Assembly: GCA_002269645.1 (NCBI GenBank)
Contig: NIVC01000829.1
Coordinates: 372,001 to 436,000, forward strand
Length of the DNA: 64,000 nucleotides
Direction: 5' to 3'
From: Macrostomum lignano
Lineage: Eukaryota
This document shows, piece after piece, positions 47,172-57,342 of the stretch. Each line of letters starts with the position of its first letter. The stretch's first letter is position 1. The position numbers were made by a program, and so were the translations under genes. The notes below the pieces were generated by a model. It did no database searches and had not been told where the DNA came from. It saw only the letters and a program-made list of their open reading frames with translations.

Positions 47172-50100
47172 CAGACACCAAGACAGACAGACAGACAGAC
47201 GCATAGAAAGGCAGACAGACACAGACAGACAGACAGACAGACGCATAGAAAGGCAGACAGACAGATACACAGAAGGCAGATAGACAAATAAACAAACAGA
47301 AACACAGGCAGACAGACAGACACATAGGAAGGCAGACAGACAGACACATAGGAAGGCAGACAGACAGACACATAGAAAGACAGACAGACACAAAGAAGAC
47401 AGATAGACAGACACAATAAGACAGACAGACACAGAAAGGCAGACAGAAGGAAGTTAAACACTTTCAATTAACAAGTAATCTATTTTTATGAAAAAAACAC
47501 TATGGAAGCATACCATTAGAAAAAACTGCATTTAGCACCTGTTATTTACTTGCTTATTTGCTCGACCCAAAATTTACTTTTACTCATTATCGCTTGCACT
47601 TTTACAATCAGGCGATGGATTCAAAGCCGCCATGACAGCCGCAGCGGTTGGCGCCGCTTCAGTCCGATTGCACGAGGCCTCCGAAGCGGACAGGCCGGTC
47701 TTCAGCCGCCTTGGCGAGTTGAGCAGCTTGAGCAGTCGAGCCGTAGCGGCGGGCGCTGCCGCCGCCCCCTCACCGGCTGCTTCAAATTCAAAATCTTCGA
47801 ATTCAACGACCGCATCTTCGACTCATAGCGTGTTCAACCGTCTCGGCGGGGTGGGAAGCTCTGGCGGCGGCGCCCCGCCAGCTGTGGCGTCTTCTGGAGG
47901 ACGAACTGTTTTGGCAGCGACTTCCGGTTACCCTGCTGCTGCCGCTGATGTTCGCGTGAAGGAGCCGACAATTATTCGGCAAATTCAGTTTGATAGCAAA
48001 GATCTCAGCGTCGCTCGTAACGGCGAGGAAGGACCGTCGCCCCCTAAAATCTCTATGAGATCTGTGGATAAGTGAGTCAGTTTAGAATGATAGATAGATA
48101 GTTAAAGAAATAAGATAGATAGATAAGGCGAAAAGAAACCACAAACACATACAGTACAAGCAAAAACACAATTTATTTATTTAAATTCTAAGAATAATAC
48201 CAATATTTCGAGCCGAACTGAATCTCCGTCGGGGTATAATTAAAAAATCTGTGAAAAAGGGAACATGAAAACAGAGTTGAGTATTTATAGAAAAGCACGT
48301 GTAAAATAAAATGATCAATATGTTTGGGCGGGCACGTTGCAACGTGTGTGTACACCTGTACATCTAGTGCTCATCTGAAAAGAGGTTTTAGCTTTGAGAC
48401 CTACCATTAGTTACTGCGGACAGGTTGGATGGACATAGAATGTTCTTTAATGAGCGTGAGTGAGTATAGGCAGGCGGCCACCGTGTCCAGCTCTGCAGCA
48501 TAGTTCGAAATGGCCGTGCGAATTTGATGAACAACTCACCCAGAGTGGTCCGTGAAAGGAATCACTATTGGGATGCAGGCGTCTTTTTCAATGATGACCG
48601 TGCTTGAGCCTGCCGGAGTCTGAGTCTGTAGTAAAGCGATGCTCCATAATCATCCGCCTGCTTTGAGCTCCCTCTTTAGTGGCCAGGCACTAAAGTACTG
48701 AGGTACCACAGACCCATAAAGCGGAGGTCCTGAAGATTGTGGTTTAGTGACCGAAAGTGTCTGAAGATTGGGGTGTCCTTAGCCAGTCTGGTGTTGCTCA
48801 GGTGAGCTTGAAGTCTGACTTTGAGAGCGCCTTCCATCTCACCTACGTAGATACAGCGGTCATTGCAAGTCTTGCACAGAATGGCATGCCCCACGTTTCT
48901 GGAGTCACAGCAGACTTTTCAACAAACTGACGATCAATGTAGAAGCCTAGCTAGATGAGAGCAGAATTCTTGGCATCCCTGACTAAGCCGACAGAATATC
49001 CTTGTTTTTTTCAGGATGCTTGTTAAGCTGCTGCTGGTCTCATCAAAGTTGACTTTAAATTTGCAACGGCGAGCCTAACGGAGGATCTGAGATTTCAGTA
49101 TACCTTTAAAAGTGTGCTTTGGGTGAAAATACCCCGGATACAAGAGCTGGCGCGACTCGGTGGGTTTGAGGTAGATAGAACACGAAAGTCTCTTGTTATT
49201 GTTGCCGTCAGTCAGACTGACACCGCAGTCCAAGAATTGAATCTTCTGTCTGCTGTATTGCATCGTGAGTCGGATGTTGCTATCAAATTCATTCAGATGC
49301 CTGTGCATCTCCTTTAGTTCGACTTCAGTGCCGACGAACGAAAACCATAAAAATGTGGTCAATGTAGCGCTTGAAGAAACAAGGGGTAAACGGGGCTGCT
49401 TTTAAAGTTTTGGATTTCCAGGCAGACATAAAGATGTTGGAGTAGGATGGCGCAAAAGCCTTTCCCATGCTTGTGCCTTTGACTTGGGAAGTAGAGAGAG
49501 AAGAGAGGTCACGGCGTATAAAAATATTATTTTAGAAAATAGGCTACCGGTTTCAAGCCTCTGGGCTCTTCGTCAGGCCAAAAATCTGTGTGTAATGCAA
49601 TGCAAGTTGGTCTTTTAAGTAAATTATTTTTCTTATTCTGATAAAATTGATGAGTAGTTGTACATATGAGGAATGTACATTTAAAGCCCTGTGTTGTCTA
49701 GCTCTAACTTGTCCCAGAGGCTTTCCACCGTTCATTTTAATCGATAGTATATTTATTATATAAAAATTGTTTTTTTCGAAGTACTATACGATTAGATGAA
49801 ATGCCGGTATTAAGGGTAGGAGCATAAAAATCGATATTTGTGCGTACAATCAAGTAGTTTGGATAAAATAAATGACAAAGTGAATAAATATTGTACTTCA
49901 ATAGGGTAAAGTGAGCGCATTGGTTAAAATGATTCAATTTTTTTCCTGGCTGAGACTTAAATTTATTGGGAGCCAGGAGGCTCTGTACATTACGTTGCCG
50001 TGTAAGTGCGGGCAGTATGCGCGAGCCTGGTTTATTTTGTAGTTTATCAAAGTTTTTAGCTATCTCGTTGGCAAGCCCCTTATCAGTGGGAATGTTAGTG

Positions 50101-52737
50101 TGCAGGCATTTAACATCCATTCTAACCAGAAAGACATTTTCGTCTTTTTCAAAAATCAAATCATTGTTAGCCGTTTGAATGTACATGCAGGCAAATCCAC
50201 TCTGCAGAACTGCATCATTGTCGGTGGATGTCGCAAAAGAGTCGGAATAGTTAGCCTGGCTGGCATTCATGTTGTTGCTATCAGCAGCAGCTAGGGATGC
50301 CTGGTCACAGTCCACCCCCGTGTCCAGCCCCTGGTCACTGGAAACTGGATTCTGCATTTGCGTATCGAGCCCCTTAAACGGCTCTGTTATCGGATAAAAA
50401 GGCGAGCTAGCTTGGTTGTCCTCGGTACGTATGGCTTAGCATGCTCGGTTCCTCGTTAAAGTCCCGTCAGTTTGGAGATTCTTCCATGCCCGTTGAAAGG
50501 CCGGAGGGACAATTTCCTGTTGTTTGTCACCACCTCAAACAAGAGGTTTAAAATGGGAACCCCCATAGAGCTGGTTTAGTTTCTTTGGGGAACCTTCAAC
50601 TTGCTGGCCATGCTTTTCAGCCGGGATTGCAGCAGATCAGGGCTGCAGCTTGAATCTTCTGCCGAGGTTTTTCCTCCCTGGCTTCCAGTAGTCCAGCAGC
50701 TAGATGATGGATGCTGATCTCGTAGTGGCTCTGCATTGTGTCCAGCGTGCTGACCTCCCACATTGTTCGGCATTCTCAGCAATCCGCGATTTTGTAGATT
50801 CCGTAGGCATGGCAGGCCGGATTGGCGTTTTCAGCTGCTGAGACTTATTACGCATCGCGGATTGTGTCACCTGCCTATTTTCCAGGTGGTGAGCAGCACG
50901 ACTTGGCGGGCGACTCCGGGCGCGGCGATCGTCAGCGACCCCCCCCCCCTGCATTCCAAAGCTGTTGCCGGTCGCCTTCCGTCCTGTCCTTGGGCGATGG
51001 CGGCTTCTAGATCGCACATCGCAGTCACGCTGGCGATCATACTGTCGGCCGTGTTGTGGAGGTAGTCGTCTCATAGTCGATCGCCCACCTTGGTAGTGCT
51101 GGCCTTGTGGACGACTATCCGATTGTTGAGGTTCTCTTGCTTCGCGGTGATGCGAGCTGTACCAGCTTCGGCTTTTGGGCGGCATAGCGAAACTGTGAGA
51201 TTGCTGCACTGGTCCCGGAAGAAGATAATACGAAACCACACACACACACAGTCGAAGCAAAGTCACAATTTCTTTAATTAGATTCTAAGAAAAAGCCAAA
51301 TTTTCGACCCGAACAGGGTCTTCATCAGGGTATAATATTAAATAATCATTACAAACGGACAAATTAAAGCAGAGTTGAGTGTTTACAGGTAGTATAGAAA
51401 GACACGAGTAAAATAAAATGATCAATATGGTTGGGCGGTCACGTTGCAACGCGTGCCGGGGTAAAAATAATCCCGTTTTTATAGTCTTATCGGAGATCAG
51501 AAGTCCAATTTGTCCGGAATGTGTCCGTTTGGGCCTATTTTCGTAGTGGTAAAAAAACGGAGGAAGGGTAACGTTTACGGACATATTTTGGGGTTGTCCT
51601 CCGCCTCTGTCCGTTTCCTGTCCGCACAAAACCGTTTCCTTCGTCCGCTTTTTTGTCCGGGTTGTGCGGACAACGAAGCGGTCACTTAAATGGACAAAAA
51701 AGCGGACATAATTGCCATCGATAAAAACGGACTGGAGAATGGACATTAATACGGACAAGGAAGCGAACCTCGGCGTTCAGGACACGAACGATCTTGGAAA
51801 CGGACACAATTATGGCCCATTCAACAGCAAACAACATACGTGTCTCCAGGAAACGGACACACAGACAAGTTGGATCATGATACACATGCTTGATTAACAT
51901 TTAGCTACTCGGATGCTCTCTCGAATAAAAGAGTTTTCCAAGTAAAGAGAAATGCTGGTGAATATAGTGCGAAATATTTATTCAGATACGACGGACTGTC
52001 TCATAGACATTGGTCCACACTTGATGAGCAGATGACTTGCTTGTAGCAGGTGGGAAAGTCTGAGCAAAGATCCCTCCCGTGCCAAGCCTCATGGTCACAG
52101 GCAGTTTGACCCTGCGACTACGGAATTGAACGGATCGTGACTCTCGTAGAGAAAAGTCATAGTCGTAGTCGTAGTAGAGTCGTACGTCTTGTATCAGCTG
52201 CAGAAATAACGCTCTTGCTCATTATGGTCCTGAGTAGATTTTTAGCGGAGGCAGAATATACGTGGAAGGTTTTGTCGACAAACACGACGAGCCTCAATAG
52301 TCGGGTCCTGGGTACAAGAAATGCAAAAGGCAGTTTGAAACTGCAACCACGCACACGGAATTAATTGAAGTTTGTCAGTTGTCGAGCATTTGAAAAAACC
52401 GATATTTCGGCCAGCTCCTGGCCTTTATTTTTAAACACATATACAGTAATTAAATTAAGTAGCCAGTCAGGCCACGAGTCGCGGTTTGCGGCGTCTGGTC
52501 ACAGATCGCCGCCTGCACAGCCTCTGGACACAGGCGGCTGGGCATTGCCGATCGGTTGTAGATTATTATTATTATTATTAGCAGTTGTAGTAGTACTAGT
52601 AGTAGTAGCAATATTAGTAGTAGTAGTAGTGGTGGTGGTGGTAGCTGTAGTCGTAGTAGAGTCGTACGTCTTGTAGTATAAGCTGCAGAAAAAGCGCTCT
52701 TGCTCAGAGTCAGAATATACGTAGTAGATAGACATAC

Positions 52738-52812
<75 letters not shown>

Positions 52813-52815
52813 AAT

Positions 52816-52904
<89 letters not shown>

Positions 52905-52907
52905 AAT

Positions 52908-52980
<73 letters not shown>

Positions 52981-52983
52981 AAT

Positions 52984-53020
<37 letters not shown>

Positions 53021-53023
53021 AAT

Positions 53024-53072
<49 letters not shown>

Positions 53073-53075
53073 AAT

Positions 53076-53148
<73 letters not shown>

Positions 53149-53151
53149 AAT

Positions 53152-53227
<76 letters not shown>

Positions 53228-54155
53228 GTAAAGCCGAATGCCAACGCAAAGCCACGCACGCAGAGTCGGATTCTCTTAGTGATTAGTCAAATCGAACTTA
53301 TTTAAATCGACCAATATTTCTGCCTATTGGCTGGCCTTAGTCAGGGTCGAAAAGTAAAGTTTATAATTCGATTTAGTTTAAATTTCTACAAAGAAAAAAA
53401 TCGAGAAAGTTAATAAATGCGAGAGATAAAAATCTGTCAGTTTGATTAGGTTTAAAAGTCCGATGGGTGCTGGGCCGCACGTTGTGCTCCTAATTGAGCA
53501 GGATGTACAATGTAGTTGCAGTTTATTGATCTGAAAATGGGTTGCGGCGTGGCAATGGTGAGAGTAGGCAGCTTAGACGGACAGGGAATGTCTTGAATCG
53601 AGCGCGATCTGGTGTACACCGTCACAGTGTCCAGTTCACGTGCATGGTCTGAGATCACTTGGGAAACGGGTGCAAAGCAAGCCGATCAGTTTTTGTTCCA
53701 TGTCCCTTCTACGGCGCTGGGCTCCTTTTTTTGTCGGCTTTGCACTCAGTGCTCAGGTACCATAGGCTCATGAAGCGAAGGTCATGAAGGCTGTGGTTGG
53801 CGGAGTTAAAAGGTCTCGACACTGGCGTGTCTTTTTTTCTAACCTGATGTCGCTCAGGTGGGCTTGTATTCTGACCTTGAGAGTACCACCTGTCTCCCCA
53901 ATGTAGCCGCAGTGGCCACTACAAGTCTTACAGAGAATCGCATAGACCACGTCTCTGGAGTCACAGCGGAGTTTTTGGTTGATTCTGTAGACCATTTTAG
54001 TGGCATTGGAGCCTGGGCAGACCTGGCCAAACTGACCATGCTGTTCACACAGGTGACAGCTCGAATTTTTGCATCTAGAATTGCAGGTAGATAGATAGTA
54101 GATAGATAAATAGGCAGACAGATAGATAGACAGACAGACATACAGACAGACAGAG

Positions 54156-54187
<32 letters not shown>

Positions 54188-55084
54188 TGAATGGATGCTA
54201 TTCTCCCAATTCCATTCGCTGTCAGGTGGCCCAGCCGCAGTCGAGTACCTGACGATTCCCCGAGGCACCGCGAGCGGCACCAAGAGGAGGACAGGCGCCG
54301 CAGTCGGCAGGGCAGCGGCCCCGGCCCGCTGTCCTACCGAGGCGTCCTGAAGCTGCCAGCATCGGCTGCCGCGTCCTCATCAAACGCCAGTCAGTCGGGC
54401 GGCCCAGTGAGAAAAGCCGAGGCCCATTCCACGTCTGCCGCTGCCGATGACCTCGGGCCGACTCTGTATAGCGACTCTATTTCAGCCTATTCATCTAGGC
54501 AGCGGGACTCGCGGGACTATCGGGACTCGAGGGACTCAAGGGACTATCGGGACTCGAGGGACTCAAGGGACTATCGGGACTCGAGGGACTCAAGGAACTC
54601 GAGAGATCCCGCTCGATCTGGCGAGAGAATCGTTGCTAAGGCCCGGCGTGACAATGGCGGTGGGTTGTTGACTTGATATGATAATGATAATTATATGATC
54701 AGCTCTTATGAGTCCCCTCTCCTTTACCCTCTACCCTCTACTTTACCCTCTACCCTCTCCTTTACCCTCTACCCTCTCCTTTACCCTCTACCCTCTCCTT
54801 TACCCTCTACCCTCTCCTTTACCTTCTACCCTCTCCTTTACCTTCTACCCTCTCCTTTACCCTCTACCCTCTCCTTTACCTTCTCTCTTAATTTCTTCTT
54901 CCCCTCCCTCAGCTTCTCGTCTCCATAATCTTTTATTTCATTTTATCGTCTCAATGGAATTCATCGTACTTACTCTTAATTTAATCTTTACATCAATTTC
55001 TCCATTGCAGGCCGGTCCTCGGCGTCCACTGCATCAGGAGCTGGCAGACTGGATCGCATTGTCATAAACAGATCAGTACGATAA
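46342..55084 (+). CDS. C19orf47-like: C19orf47-like protein (N-terminal SAM-like domain, disordered C-terminus), 4 exons
   Basis: Exons 46342-46891, 47612-48071, 54226-54659 and 55011-55084; GT-AG, phases 1/2/1 consistent. YWRKFFSTAGIPSADAQNYAAIFEDNRITESVLGDLRKEHLTDMGIRRMGDIISILK resembles the recalled C19orf47 N-terminus; VFSRLG and VFNRLG motifs; RDSRDY repeats in exon 3. Confidence 0.8.
47110..47445. repeat. (AGAC)n-based microsatellite in intron 1
   Basis: Pure and degenerate AGAC runs. Confidence 0.93.
48197..48237 (-). ncRNA. Degenerate minimal type I hammerhead ribozyme (core mutated)
   Basis: Minus strand: AUACC CCGACGG A GAUUC AGUUC GGCUC GAAA U AUU GGUAU. Stem I AUACC/GGUAU is perfect and stem III is the palindrome AUAU, but the CUGANGA core has U4C and A9G. 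Confidence 0.6.
49542..49579 (-). ncRNA. Minimal type I hammerhead ribozyme, intact core, GUA cleavage triplet
   Basis: Minus strand: GGC CUGACGA A GAGCC CAGA GGCUU GAAA CCG GUA GCC. Stem I GGC/GCC, 5-bp stem II closed by G.U, palindromic stem III ACCGGU. Lies in a separate insertion (about 49512-50080) that splits the RT. Confidence 0.8.
51296..51333 (-). ncRNA. Minimal type I hammerhead ribozyme, intact core, short stem I
   Basis: Minus strand: AUACC CUGAUGA A GACCC UGUUC GGGUC GAAA A UUU GG. Perfect 5-bp stem II, palindromic stem III AAUU, UUU triplet; only 2 bp of stem I remain. Confidence 0.72.
51456..51895. mobile_element. MITE-like foldback insertion rich in TGTCCG / CGGACA motifs
   Basis: The left half carries repeated GTCCG motifs and the right half their complements; abuts the 5' pLTR. 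Ends not precisely defined. Confidence 0.5.
52393..52430 (-). ncRNA. Hammerhead remnant lacking the CUGANGA core
   Basis: Minus strand: AAAUAAA GGCCAG GAG CUGGCC GAAA U AUC GGUUUU. Perfect stem II, GAAA, palindromic AUAU and AUC triplet, but the 5' core is absent. Confidence 0.45.
52737..53227. repeat. (AGAT)n microsatellite of about 490 bp with periodic AGAA variants
   Basis: Directly visible; gives the YLSI ORFs. Confidence 0.98.
53307..53350 (-). ncRNA. Degenerate minimal type I hammerhead ribozyme (G8U)
   Basis: Minus strand: UCGACC CUGACUA A GGCC AGCCAAUA GGCA GAAA U AUU GGUCGA. Perfect 6-bp stem I and palindromic stem III; core G8 and the stem II closing pair are mutated. Sits downstream of the second GIY-YIG fragment. 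Confidence 0.65.
53400..54086 (-). mobile_element. Second Penelope-like fragment: Cys-rich linker + GIY-YIG endonuclease + 3' region (Neptune-like)
   Basis: CNSRCKNSSCHLC...LRCDSRDVVYAILCKTCSGHCGYIGETGGTLKVRIQAHLSDIR. A Cys motif before the endonuclease is characteristic of Neptune-clade PLEs. Confidence 0.82.
54710..54885. repeat. 19-bp pyrimidine-rich minisatellite (TTTACCCTCTACCCTCTCC) in intron 3
   Basis: About nine tandem units. Confidence 0.9.
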
Positions 55085-55687
55085 TGTTAGTCTATCTCTT
55101 CTGCTGTTATATTTTCGCAAACATCCCCTTAGCAACCAGGTCCAATATTGAATATTGCCTGAAGAAGAATCTATCAGAGGTTTCTTGCTACGTTCTGAGG
55201 ACGAGAATGCTTTAATAAAAATCTTAGTAGATTAATATATTTAAGCATTTGCTCTGTTAGCTACTACTTCTTGGCGAACAAACTGCTAAGTAGTGTGGTG
55301 TGTGTTTTTTTGTCTGTCATGTTGCCAAATTTATATTTAAATTCGTGTCTGTCGCATGACCATGAAGGCAGATATGATTTTTTATTTCGTGTTTTTTTTA
55401 TCTTTCCCTATCGAACACTGACTGATCACTACTCATATCTAAGCACTATATGCGGCCGACTGTGCTCGATTTTCATTTCCGCTTGCTTACTTAATAATAA
55501 ATATAGTATCAGATTGCGTTGTTATAATTTTATAGTACGATTATGTACTCATTTGATCAGTATGTAATTATTGCTTAAATAATAAACCAGTGGGTGTGAC
55601 TTGCGGTTTTTGTCTCTAATGCTAGCGTCAATTGGCTCAATGGATATGTTCACTTGACTTCGGGCTTGTATGATTCACGATTTTATA

Positions 55688-56515
55688 ATTGTGACAGTCA
55701 CCTCCATCTGTCACTGTGATGGTCACCTCCATCTGTCACTGTGATGGTCACCTCCATCTGTCACTGTGACGATCACCTCTGTCACTGTGATGGTCACCTC
55801 CATTTGTCACTGTGACGATCACCTCTGTCACTGTGATGGTCACCTCCATCTGTCACTGTGATGGTCACCTCCATCTGTCACTGTGATGGTCACCTCTATC
55901 TTTCACTGTGATGGTCACCTCTATCTGTCACTGTGATGGTCACCTCTATCTGTCACTGTGATGGTCACCTCTATCTGTCACTGTGATGGTCACCTCTATC
56001 TTTCACTGTGACAGTCACTTCCATCTGTCACTGTGTCAGTCACCTCCATCTGTAAATGTGACAGTTACACCCAATCTGTCATTGTGACAGTCAACCCCAT
56101 CTGCCACTGTGACAGTCACCTCTATCTGTCACTTCCATCTGTCACACGTGAAAGTCACCCCTATCTGCCACTGTGACAGTCACTTCCATCTGTCACTGTG
56201 ACAGTCACCTCTATCTGTCACTGACACTTACCTCCATCTGTCACTGTGACAGTCACTCCATCTGTCACTGTGACAGTCACTCCATCTGTCACTGTGACAG
56301 TCACTCCATCTGTCACTGTGACAGTCACTCCATCTGTCACTGTGACAGTCACTCCATCTGTCACTGTGACAGTCACCTTCATCTGTCAATGTGAGAGTGA
56401 TCTCCATCTGCCACTGTGACAGTCCCATCTGTCAATATGAGAGTGGTCTCCATCTGCCACTGTGACAGTCCCATCTGTCAATATGAGAGTGGTCTCCATC
56501 TGTCACTGTGACAGA
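55688..56515. repeat. 24-25-bp minisatellite (GTCACCTCCATCTGTCACTGTGATG)
   Basis: Tandem units with two homogeneous sub-blocks. Confidence 0.93.
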
Positions 56516-57342
56516 CACCAACATTGTTTCATGTTTCGTACTAGTGTTTTAATAGCTTAACGATCACATTGCAATTATATGATTTTTAGTACATTTAATA
56601 TTAAGATCTTAGAGATTTAGTATAGGTGGATCGACGGAACCTTACAGCCTGTATACTTATAGATTTTTGTTGTATAAAATTTTAAGCTATGATTATTTTG
56701 ACCTTAGTTTGTACATGCGCTGCTCGAGTAATTGCTACGATATGAGGAAAAGAACATACAGCTGAATGTCATAAATCATAAATCTAATAGGATGCTGCGA
56801 GTAAACCGGTTGGAAGTGGACCATGGATTCATAAGTTAGCGTACATGCTGCTATTCCCAATGTACTTGTAGTGTAGATACATGTAATAATTACAGTCTGT
56901 ATCAGTACATGGTGTACAGTGTATATCCACACATTATATTACAGTCCAGTTGTTCCGTTTTTAATACAGCATTTATGCGTTACAAAACTTCTTTCTACCC
57001 TTTATCAATCCTGTAAGTGCACTCTCCCAGATAGAGTACGCTCAGGATATATCAGGCTACAGTGTACATGACGACTCAGTACCCTTAGGTCAGTCCCCTG
57101 TCTATCGGCATAGAGCTACATGTACACTTAGCCAAGCGAGGAGTGGACGAGAAGGGAGAGAGGGGGGTAGTGGGTCTGCGCAGTTCCGACCGGCACTCTC
57201 TCCTCGCCTCTTCCCCAAGTTGTTGTACACTGCATGCCCACACCAGCCTTTTATATATTTCTGCCCCAATCTCGCCAACACTGGGACACGCCGATTGAAT
57301 CCCAAACTGCTGATTCAGTTTCAAATCGTTCTAATCCAAATC

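Larger units (their letters stand above)
48180..51455 (-). mobile_element. Decayed Penelope-like retroelement (RT + GIY-YIG) between diverged pLTR-like direct repeats
   Basis: Minus-strand fragments in order: MDVKCLHTNIP (near 50100), KGTSMGKAFAPSY (near 49460), IQFLDCGVSL..IYLKPTESRQLL..FHPKHTFKGILKSQILR (49075-49362), and GIY-YIG AILCKTCNDRCIYVGE...RHF (48676-48894). Repeats at 48180-48365 and 51277-51455 each carry a hammerhead motif. Frameshifted and interrupted. Confidence 0.88.

Noticed and set aside
50700-51266. Arg-rich 188-aa minus-strand ORF as an independent gene
   Set aside because: Lies just inside the 5' pLTR of the Penelope element; most likely its degenerate 5' ORF region.
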